Shown: one piece after another, positions 25,387 to 35,499 of the stretch
Numbering within the stretch: the stretch's first letter is position 1
Layout of the letters: every line of letters begins with the position of its first letter
NCBI GenBank assembly: GCA_977016875.1
Contig: CDRNST010000241.1
Location: 682,001 to 746,000, forward strand
DNA length: 64,000 nucleotides
DNA from: Pavona decussata
Taxonomy: Eukaryota
Reading direction: 5' to 3'
Translations under genes and position numbers: made by a program
Notes under the pieces: model-generated
The model's database searches: none
Seen by the model: only the letters and a program-made list of their open reading frames with translations
Told to the model about the DNA's origin: nothing

Positions 25387-26773
25387 ATGTTTTCTAAATT
25401 GCTGTTTCGTAAGCCGACAACGGTCGACTGCTCTGGCGTAGTCGTTCTCTTCAATTCCAGCAGTTTGTGAATGAGGAGGAGATTGGTCAAGGAGGATTTG
25501 GCGCTGTTTACACCGCCAATCTCCAGACGGGTGAGAAATGTGTAATCAAGAAGATGCTTCAAAATGGCATTGAAGACAAGAGAAACTTTGTAAAAGAGGC
25601 GCGAATCCTTCGGTTCCATAAACCTGACAACATCATCGGATTTAAAGGAATCTGTAACGCCCCTTTCGCCTTGGTGTTGGAGTACATATATTTCGACTTT
25701 ACACCTTTCGGTGACAATATCAAGGTGAGCTCTCTGGGGGAATACCTGTCCGCTATTGATGTGCCAGATAGCGAAGAATTTCTTTGCCCTTATGTATGTT
25801 CTACCGCTTGTAGAGATATCATGACGGGTCTACGATACTCTCATGAAAAGGGAGTCGCTCATCGGGATTTGAAACTCGCCAATGTCTTAGTGAACAACCA
25901 GCATTATGATGGGTTTGCAGGAGGTGAATTAGAGAGAGCCGGGAATGAACGTCCTATAACATCCAAGTTGGCTGACTTTGGGGAAAGCCGCTCTAAGGCC
26001 GTTCAGACCAATATGATTCTAAATTTACACACGAAAAACATTACAAATGGTACCCCCATCTATATGGCCCCTGAGCTTCTCGTTGGTGCTATTCGACTGA
26101 CAACCACTAGCTTTGAAGATCTTAAAAGGACAGATATCTGGGCACTAGGAATGCTGCTTTTTTCACTGGTCAACCCTTCAGTGGGGTTTCCATATCGCCA
26201 AGAGATAGATGCTGCTCAAGCTAAAAAGCAAAGCCCGTCGCAGTGTTTGGAAGAGCTGTTGCTAAACAAACAGCTTCCAAGCGCACCAGAAATGTACCAG
26301 CACAAGCAGGCTACAGACTCTTATGGAATTGAGAAGATTAGAAAATCATGCTCCTGATTCGCTCTGGCGAAAGACCAAAAGTTCACGATCTGATGAGCAT
26401 GATTGACTCTGAGCCTCCGGCGTCATCTTTCGACATACATCTAAAGATCCACCAAGATTCGTCTCGGGAGGAGGACGATTTCGCAATTGCACAAGTAGCC
26501 CAAGCATCTTGTACCATGCCCCGCCACTCCTCAGGTCCAGATAATGATGGAACCAACGCCTGTGCATTTTTGTGTGTTCAACTTCATAAGGTGCACGAGG
26601 AAGATTCAGTGTGGCGATTACAACAATATATGGTTGGTAGTCTGCGATATTGCCGAGAAAATGATAGTGTAATCAACCCACATAAGGACATGGAGGCATA
26701 CAAAATTATGAGGAACTGTGACTCCATGATTGAGGAGTATGATAATACTAGTAATAGCAACCTTCAAATCTGA
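25387..26773 (+). pseudogene. Intronless Ser/Thr protein kinase with C-terminal extension, frameshifted
   Basis: GQGGFGAVY, VIKK, FVKE, HRDLKLAN, DFG, GTPIYMAPE and DIWALG. Subdomain XI (ERP) is in the next frame at about 26365. The likely ATG at 25387 is out of frame with the kinase body. Confidence 0.8.
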
Positions 26774-26896
26774 CCACGAGTATGAGATTGAGTACGTGTA
26801 TGACAGTCATGTTTCCAGAGACCTCACTCCTCCCTTGTGCTGACCAGTCAATAAGGAAGATTTTAAAAAGTCTGAAGGTTGCTTATATTGCCAATT

Positions 26897-27846
26897 AGTA
26901 TATGGATAGTGCTTTGTGGGCGCTCTTATTGGCTACTCAACCTCCAGATATCCTTTGTAATTCACCTCCAAAAAGAAGCAATTGTTTTGCATGGGTATGT
27001 TTAAAATTTGCAAGAAAATACGACTACTTTGTTCACTTGCTATTATTGAACCCAGTGTCCACCGATAATCGAATGGTGGTGGATATGTACCCGCCACTTC
27101 GGATCTTGGTAAATTTCTACCACTATTCACTTCCACTTATTCAGAGAATAATTGTTAATCGTAACACGTAATCTAATATTATCATTAACCATACTAGTTT
27201 TGACCTGAAACTTTGTGGGCGCTCTTATTGGCTACTCAACCTCCAGATATCCTTTGTAATTCACCTCCAAAAAGAAGCAATTGTTTTGCATGGGTATGTC
27301 TAAAATTTGCAAGAAAATAAGACTACTTTGTGGGCTTGCTATTATTGAACCCAGTGTCCACCGATGATCGAATAGTGGTGGATATGTACCCGCCACTTCG
27401 GATCTCGGTAAATTTCTACCACTTTTCACTTCCACTTAATCAGAGAATAATTGTTAATCGTAACACGTGATCTAATATTATCATTAATCATACTAGTTTT
27501 GGCCTGAAACTTTGTGGGCGCTCTTATTGGCTACTCAATCTCCAGATATCCTTTGTTATTCACCTCCGAAAAAAAGCAATTGTTTTGCACGGGTATGTTT
27601 AAAATTTGCAAGAAAATAAGACTACTTTGTGGGCTTGGTATTCACTATTATGGTATATAATAGTTATACTATAACGATTATTAAACCCAGTGTCCACCGA
27701 TGATCGAATAGTGGTGGATATGTACCCGCCACTTCGGATCTCGGTAAATTTCTACCACTATTCACTTCCACTTAATCAGAGAATAATTGTTAATCGTAAC
27801 ATGTGATCTAATATGATCATTAATCATACTAGTTTTGGCCTGAAAC
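26897..27846. repeat. Three tandem copies (299-bp period) of a Crypton-like non-autonomous unit
   Basis: CTTTGTGGGCGCTCTTATTGGCTACTCAA at 26912, 27211 and 27510. Each unit has a hairpin GTGGTGGATATGTACC...GGTAAATTTCTACCAC ending GAATAATTGTTAA, like the Crypton right end at 8753-8763. Confidence 0.75.
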
Positions 27847-27977
27847 TAAACTATACACCAGATTATTCTTTCGGAGCAAAAAAGTGGACACGTGTTCGCA
27901 GACGATGGTCAAAGATTGCAATCATCTGTGATTATACGGAAAGCGCACTTTGAGCCTGTTTATGCCCTTATATCATA

Positions 27978-29066
27978 GGACTCCGGTAAATGATTGCCAG
28001 GAAAAGCAACCCCAAGACCTCAATGGACATGGAAAGAAGGAGAATAGAAATGTAACTACCTCCACATGCCACAAGGAAAAGGGAAGTAACAGCAACACAC
28101 TCAGTGACGGAGATATTGGTAAAGTCATCCTCGGGGAAGGGACAGCTCACTACATGCCCGTTGAATAACTCATTTGAACAACTTCAAATGTCAAGTTCTT
28201 CTGCATCCGGCAAGGAATCTGGACTGGATGACAGCAAACAAAAGAAAGACAAGGGTGCCTCTCAAATGGATGAAGGTAAGACAGCGGGCAGTCCATTTGC
28301 TAAAGCTTTCTTTCAGTAGTGAGACAAGACAACCCCTTCCTCGGTGGAAGATTAAATTAGCATATTAATAAATGGGTATGAGTGATGTTTTCAGAGTTCT
28401 AAAAATTGCATGAGCCGCTTTGGCTAATTGTATGAGAAGGTTGTGCCATTTTTTATTTATAGTATATTCATCAAAAGTATGAGAAGCATATCTTCCGTAG
28501 TAAATCACGCATCATACACTGCACTAGTTGGGACACCTTGGATAAACTTCGAAAATCTTTGGGCAACTTTGATGGTCTTCAGAAGTCTTTGAAAGCCTAT
28601 AGTTATGTTCGGAAGTTGTCGGAACAACTTCGGGAAACTTTGGTTCAGACAAACACAATTGTTATTGGTACTCCCACAGAGTACAATTTGGGTTAATTGG
28701 ACTCCTCTCGTTCAATCAGAAGCGAATGTTTGTTGAGTAAACTATAAGTATACCAGCAGTGCAACGCTCATATTCTTAAACAATTTACAAATTATTATAG
28801 TCGGTATCCTCTGACATGCCCAATGAAGAAAAAGCGAGATCAGATCAAGCAAGCAGTTCTGAGGACGATGAAATGGCGACTGAACTTGCGGGACTTGCAT
28901 CCCAGGAGCGACGGAAAAGAAGGCGGCGCAGCAATGCTACAGGCAATGCTGAGGATAACTTCTTTGAACAACTGCAAATAACAAGTGCTTCTGCACCCAG
29001 CAAGGAATCCGGACTAGGTGAAAGCAAACAAAAGAAAGACAAGGGCGCCTCTCAAACAGATGAAGG
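27978..29066 (+). other. Two paralogous exon-like segments (about 27978-28275 and 28801-29065)
   Basis: Both encode (NSF/NFF)EQLQ..S.SA..KESGL..SKQKKDKGASQ.DEG and end at an identical AAG|GTAAGA donor. Candidate AG acceptors lie upstream. Confidence 0.45.
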
Positions 29067-29585
29067 TAAGAGGGCGAGAAACCCACGTGTTCTCAGTTCA
29101 GAAGTGAGACAACCAGTTATCTGTGGACGATAAATCAATACCCGCATTCCAACTCCTCAACATCCCCTTAGAAATGGCTCTTAATCTGTAATAAAAATCG
29201 ATCCTTCTTAGTGTGTTAAGGTGTTAAAAAAAATGAAAAATGGGAAAGAAAAGGAATGGGGGAGCCGGTAGACAAACTATTTATGCCACCAAGTCACCAA
29301 CTTCTAATTAACCGGTTGACTGTCACCCATTTCTCACACAGAAGGCCTGTTCACTGGGTAGGTGGTAGCCAGGGTCGAGAGTAGTCGCGGCTTAATTGTG
29401 GGATCGTTTGGGGGCACAACAGCCAGAGAATGCTGAACTTAGTGCCTCCAAACTATCCCAGACTGTCTTTCTTTCCTTGGACTTAACATAAATGGGTTTC
29501 CTGTATTTAAAGTTTCCAAAAGAGGTCTTTCAACGAAAGAAATCCTGGAGATCTGCATCGCAGGGAACGTAGATGCAAATGAGGT

Positions 29586-32574
29586 CAGGGTTCGAAATTA
29601 ACGGTTGTCCGGTTGTCCCGGACAACCAAAATTACGATGGGGCAACCAAATTGTGCTAAGTGGTTGCCCCTTGGGCAACCCAATCTGTCGTGGCACTGGT
29701 CGTTAATGAATAGTTGATAGATTTGAATAAATAACACAGCTTGCTGTCTTTGGAGAGTATAAAGCGATACCTAAACTAAGTTAGTAGAAAGAAAAAAAAC
29801 GCGGAAGAAATACTACAGTATCACGTACACTACCGTTGGAAACCAAAGTTCGTTTTTGCACAGCTTTCTTATTTGAATGAGCCTGTTGTGTTTTAATCAG
29901 CGGTTGGTACCAGTAAACATAGTCCATGATGCACTAGTGAGCTCCGTGATGCCGCCATGTTTGTTTCGACGATGGCAATTTACCATTCATCTCATTATTA
30001 TCATCTTAGTTAACATGAGCCTGTTCCGCTACTTCAGCCGTCAGAAGGGCAAGGTGAAGGCCGTTGGCGATAACAACAATTTGGAAGCTACGGGTGTCGC
30101 AAAATCTACAGCAGAAATAGACGAGGCGCAAGAAAGTTCAAGAAAAAGGTGTCGTACATTTCAAGAGTCGTGGAAGACTGGAAGACCCTTGCTGAAATTT
30201 GACGAGAAAGAAAACGCTATGTTTTGCAGTTATTGCAGACAGTTTTCGAAAGATAAATCTGCCTTTGGAAGCCAAAAAGGTAACAACAGTTTTCGTCTTG
30301 ATGGGATCAAAAAACATGAAATAAGTGAGGCGCATAAGACAGCCAAATTAGCTCATGATGCTAGCAATGCTCAACCTGGAACGGCACCACTGGAAGTGTG
30401 TCTGATTAACATGGAAAAGGAAGCTCTTGGTCGCCTAGTAAAACTTTTTCATGCCGTGTACTATCTGACTCGAGCAGAACGACCTTTTAGGGATTTTGTT
30501 CGACTATGCAGCCTCCAGGAAAGAAATGGTGTTAACACTGGTAAGAGTTACATGAATGACAAACAGGCAGCAACATTTACGCATTATATTGCTGAAACTG
30601 TGAAGAAAGATTTTGCTTACAAGCTTCGGCAGGCCAAAATGTTCTCTGTTCTGAATGATTCATCAACGGATATCTCTGTTACTGATGAGGAACTGGTTTA
30701 TGTAAGATATCTTGAAGATGGTAGACCTGTAACAAAGTTCTTGTCTATTCAGGCCTTAGGTAATGCAGATGCAGTAGGCATTGTTGCAGCTATTGATAAG
30801 GCTTTCCTTGATGAGATGGACATGCAACAAAATGAATGGTGTAACAAGACTGTTGGGATGAGCACAGATGGTGCTTCTGTCATGATTGGGATTAGAAATG
30901 GTGTAGTTACAAAGATCAAAGCTGATGTACCACACTTAATTTCTGTACATTGCGTTGCGCATCGATTAGAACTTGGTATAAAGGACAGTATCAAGCAAGT
31001 TGCCTACCTGGCTAAGGTGGAAGACTTCCTTTTATCTATTTACAAGTTTTATAGCAATTCACCCCTCAACTGGCACAACTTGAAGGAAACTGGAACTGCT
31101 TTGAATATCAAAGTTCTGAAACCAGCCAATGTTAAGAGAACACGGTGGATACCCCATCACACGCAAGCAGCAAAAGCGATCAAGCAGGATTGGCCTTGTC
31201 TTTTGGCCCACCTAGACTCTGTGTCCATTAATGGCCAATCAGCTGATGCCAAAGCAAAAGCTACAGGCTTTGTGAGGCTCCTCAGGTCATTTGAATTTGT
31301 TTACTTTCTTCATTTCTTTCTGGACCTTTGCCAGATTCTGGCAAGAATGTCTCTCAAGTTCCAGGCTAATGACACTTCAGTGGAGAATGTGACCACATGT
31401 GTTGCAACAACTTTGTCTGGTGTTCGTGGCCTAGGTACAACACCAGGAAGTCATGAAGCTGTATTTTTGAGGGAAGTTGGAGATGGAACTGTTTATAAGG
31501 GACAGGAACTTCTAGGTGACAGAGATAGTGCAATACTGAATGTCAGCCGTAACAAGCAGGCCGTACTCGACGCAACTGCTGCTCATCTTCAGCGTAGGTT
31601 TTCTTCATTTGAAAATGGGGACTTATTTAAGAATATGTCCATTTTTAATTTTAAGAACTGGCCCTTAGGTTTAGAGGAGCTACAGGTCTATGGCAATGAA
31701 CAGCTTTCATCACTAGTAGATCATTTTGAAGAACTGTTGATAAGGAATGATTGTGACATTGATTCTGTTCCTTTGGAGTGGGTTGAATTGAAGATATATG
31801 TTTCCGGTTTGGTGGCAGCTGAACCAGCAGTTTCTTACTTAGACTTATGGCAAAGAGTTATCAGACAAAATGAGGATAGATTCAAGAATATCATCGTGGT
31901 GCTTATGATCGTGCTGCTGATTCCAATCCACACTAGTGAAGTTGAGAGAGGCTTTTCTCTCATGAACAGGGTAAAACAAGATTGGCGGGCAAGGCTAACA
32001 ACCCCTCACTTAAATGAATTGATGCGCATTTCTCTTCTGGGTCCTGCATGCAATGAATTTGAACCAATGGAAGCTATTAGGCTGTGGTGGCAAGGTGGGA
32101 GAAGAGCTAGAAGACCCCAAATTCAGCCCCATGGACCCAGAAGAAGACAGGCAAGATGTGAACATGATCTGGATGCTGGAGACAGCTCTGATTCTGAAGA
32201 AGAACAGTAAATTGCAAGACTCTGAAGACATTTGAATTAAGTTTCCCGGCAAGCTTTTGTGAAAAAGTGTTCGTTTGTGACGTTGCAACTTCCAATTTTT
32301 TTTCCTGTAATTATACTGTAATGGTTGTTGATTTTTATAATACTAATACTAAACGACAACAACGAGACACAGGCTGGTCAAAACATTTTATTAAGATACT
32401 TGAATACAGTTCACTGTATTTGTATTTCATTTTCTTGTTCAAATTAATAAAAGCCACTGTCTGGCTACCTGTATTAGTTTCTTGGCTTAAACTGGGGCAA
32501 GAGCTTGAACAACCAAACCAAGTCTTGTGGTTCCCCCAGGGGCAACTGGACATAAAAGTAAATTTCGAACCCTG
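29586..32574 (+). mobile_element. hAT transposon with 5-bp TSD (hAT5 type), apparently intact
   Basis: TIR CAGGGTTCGAAATT / AATTTCGAACCCTG. TSD GAGGT at 29581-29585 and 32575-32579. Subterminal GGCAACC/GGTTG repeats. Confidence 0.92.
30015..32210 (+). CDS. hAT transposase (ZNF862-like) with N-terminal TTF-type zinc finger
   Basis: Uninterrupted ORF (upstream ATG at 29877 also possible). MFCSYC..H....H finger, NDSSTD (D), STDGASVM (D), HCVAHRLEL (CxxH), TRW and SEVERGFS (E, dimerization domain). Confidence 0.9.
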   Translation: MSLFRYFSRQKGKVKAVGDNNNLEATGVAKSTAEIDEAQESSRKRCRTFQESWKTGRPLLKFDEKENAMFCSYCRQFSKDKSAFGSQKGNNSFRLDGIKKHEISEAHKTAKLAHDASNAQPGTAPLEVCLINMEKEALGRLVKLFHAVYYLTRAERPFRDFVRLCSLQERNGVNTGKSYMNDKQAATFTHYIAETVKKDFAYKLRQAKMFSVLNDSSTDISVTDEELVYVRYLEDGRPVTKFLSIQALGNADAVGIVAAIDKAFLDEMDMQQNEWCNKTVGMSTDGASVMIGIRNGVVTKIKADVPHLISVHCVAHRLELGIKDSIKQVAYLAKVEDFLLSIYKFYSNSPLNWHNLKETGTALNIKVLKPANVKRTRWIPHHTQAAKAIKQDWPCLLAHLDSVSINGQSADAKAKATGFVRLLRSFEFVYFLHFFLDLCQILARMSLKFQANDTSVENVTTCVATTLSGVRGLGTTPGSHEAVFLREVGDGTVYKGQELLGDRDSAILNVSRNKQAVLDATAAHLQRRFSSFENGDLFKNMSIFNFKNWPLGLEELQVYGNEQLSSLVDHFEELLIRNDCDIDSVPLEWVELKIYVSGLVAAEPAVSYLDLWQRVIRQNEDRFKNIIVVLMIVLLIPIHTSEVERGFSLMNRVKQDWRARLTTPHLNELMRISLLGPACNEFEPMEAIRLWWQGGRRARRPQIQPHGPRRRQARCEHDLDAGDSSDSEEEQ

Positions 32575-32714
32575 GAGGTGTGCTCTGGTGTGCCTCAAGG
32601 TGTGACTCAGTCAGGCATTTTTGTCCTCGATTTTGATAAGGTAGAGGAAAAAGATCTGACTACGGATGGTAACAGAACCTATGAGCGCCAATAGTGTCAT
32701 CTTTCCCTGGGGTG

Positions 32715-32962
32715 ATGTATACGCCGCTTACAGACCCAAACCGGGGGCATGGGCTGTGGATGCGTTCACAATAGATTGGTCTCTTTTAAAATTTTATGCC
32801 TTCCCGCCTTTCAGGATCATTGGCGGTACTGAAGAAAATAAAGGAGGAGTACTCCCGCACTGGCCAACACAGGCCTGGTTTCCAATGGTGGAAAAGATGG
32901 CGGTTTGCAAGCACATGGTCCTGCCACCGAGGCGGTCGTTGGTGCACCAGCCAAACCTATGA
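32715..32962 (+). mobile_element. DIRS retrotransposon fragment (methyltransferase-like domain)
   Basis: YRPKPGAWAVDAFTIDW...FYAFPPF and P.WPTQAWFP motifs. Confidence 0.7.
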
Positions 32963-35027
32963 CAAGAAGATGAATTGACAGGCCTGAACCATGAAAGACA
33001 ATGCGGCAGAGCTTTTGAAGCACTTTTTTCTAGAGATAAGAGACACCAGAAAAGAAACTTTCGGCAAAGAATATGAGCCAGCAATGTTAACAGCCTACTG
33101 AAAAGGCTTGAAAAGGTATTTTCTGGAGAGGCGCGAAGGTGAAAATTTCTATGGTAACTTACTAATTTAAACAAAAACCTTTGAACAAAAAAATAAATAA
33201 ATAAATAAAATAAAAACTTTGAGCAAAGCGAAAGCATCTCAAAGCGTCTGAAAAGGGGAGTTGTCCAAGTAAATCAGATCCCTTTAATTTGAAAATGCTA
33301 TAATTTATTGGAATTTAAGCTCATTATTATTTACCGTGGCCATTTTCACACTCAAGAAAAAGTCTTTTAAGTAAATTTCTCCTCATCGAATTTATAATCA
33401 CTCTTTTTCGCTTACCTTTAAAAAAAAGGTGTATCCGCTGTATATGGTACATGTTCACCACAAAACAAATATTATTTAGTGTTCCTTGAACAGTGTCAGA
33501 AGCTTTTTAAACTCAAATGAAAAGAAATAAACAACACAATCGAACGTCACATGTTCATTCACAGCAATAAAATTTTCATCTGTGCGTGCCAAACCTATTT
33601 AAGCACCGTGCTGCCATGCTTGCACGACAGTTTTTGAAACCGTCATTTTGAGATGACATTATCGCAAAATATCGCCGCCTCAACGCAAAAGATCCCCCAG
33701 GATCGCGATAAACGTGTGCATTAAAGAGCCCATTGTAAATCGCAGATATACGTTTATAGAAGACCTTAAGGAGTGACGCTACTTTCTGAGAAAAAAGTCA
33801 TCACTTCACTCGATGACCAACCATTAAACAATGCAAGCTTACCGAGCTAGAAGAGGTGACATTCCCACTGTCACTGCTTGGAACAATAGTGTTATCGGAA
33901 GACTTATTGATTGTGAAAGAAGGAAAAGATGTATTCTTAGGAAAGTGAAGTTTAAATCCAAGATCATCCTCTCAATAATGGCAATTCCGCCTGCAATTCA
34001 ATACTAGATGTGATAGAGTGGCTCATTTCTACTGTTATGCGTCAGATTTACATTCCCATTTGAAGCCTAAAATCGATTGTTATAAAGAGTAAAGATAAAT
34101 TAACACTATAGGTCAAACATGAAGAATTATTTTATCCTTACCATTGTCCAAACTCACAAAATATTCAACGACAGCGCCCAGTCTTACTTAAGTCTTACTA
34201 ATTCGCAAGCTTGGACTGCTTACTCGATGAAACAAGCTACCCATGTCCCCATAATAGCTCAAAAGCAGTATTTTGATAGATAGACCAATAGAATAGCGAG
34301 TTTACATTATAGTAATTTTTAATCACATAATGCAGGGATGGAGGGGAAGGCAGGAAAGAAGAGATGGCAACACTTTATACTGAATATATAGGTCTCCATC
34401 TGATCACCTTCATCTTTTGTGCAAACCCCCCTCTCGTCTTCAAACTTCCCACTACCTGACTCCATCCTAAAAACTCACCTTTTCACAAACTGCACGAGGA
34501 GCATGTAAATGCACCGAGGGACTGCGACCAGAAATTATATGATGTAACATTCCACCATTGAGAGAATTTTCAGGAGAATTGGTATCTCAGGTACTGTCAA
34601 CAATACTTTATTGCAGAAATTAAAACAAGGAACAGTAAAGCTCAGCTCAGGTTTAAAATTTTGTCAAAATGTGTGCAGCGCTGTCGTGTTTGATGAATTT
34701 ATTTCCCACAGAAAATTATTTTACCGCGGCACAAAACGTGTTATTTCTTCAATGCAAGCTTTCCCAAAAAATATTTCTGGAAGAAAGGGAAAACATTCTG
34801 CAGAGATATTTCCATGCAGTGAATAGTGATGAACATTGCAGTTGAAATTTAATCCAGCACTGAATGCAAAACTTTCCCGATGTATTCAAATTTTGCTCCA
34901 ACAAACTCCATCCGGCGCCAGCCTGTCTTCCAAACTGTTGCTGGCTAGAAACCTTCCCTTTGTCTGATGTCATTCATACTATGTTTCCGCACTGTTGCCA
35001 GGCAACAGCACGGACATCTTCAAAGAT

Positions 35028-35053
35028 ATACACATATATATATATATATATAT
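35028..35053. repeat. (TA)n microsatellite
   Basis: Directly visible. Confidence 0.85.
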
Positions 35054-35499
35054 AAATATACTCTCCGCTCGAATTTGCGCGGCTTAGCTCCCGAGCACAG
35101 GCCTTTGGCCTAACAAATATATTAACCTCGCTTAGTGAGGAATTATTCTTGGCAAATAATCATATATTCTTGTTACCTTCAGACCAGCTTAATAGTCAGT
35201 GACCACTTATTGGCCAATAAGGCTACAGGATAGCCACCAATGAGAGGTCGGGGAGGTTTAGCTGTAGCTGAGTTAATTTGTGGATGGAATTAAAAAAAAA
35301 AATTTATCCCTTTGACATCTATGGTTTTAAATTAAACAGGGACATGATACTCTTTTTAACAGCTTGGCAGTACTGCATTGTAGTGTATGTCAATATATGG
35401 TATTTCCTTATTTGGAAAATGAACATCAATGGATGCCATCTTGAAGGGGGGATTAAAAACGTTGTGCTGTTGACCTGTCTTTGTTTGATCCGCAAATGC

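Noticed and set aside
26897-27846. CRISPR-like repeat array
   Set aside because: Whole 299-bp units repeat with no unique spacers, there are no cas genes, and the context is eukaryotic.
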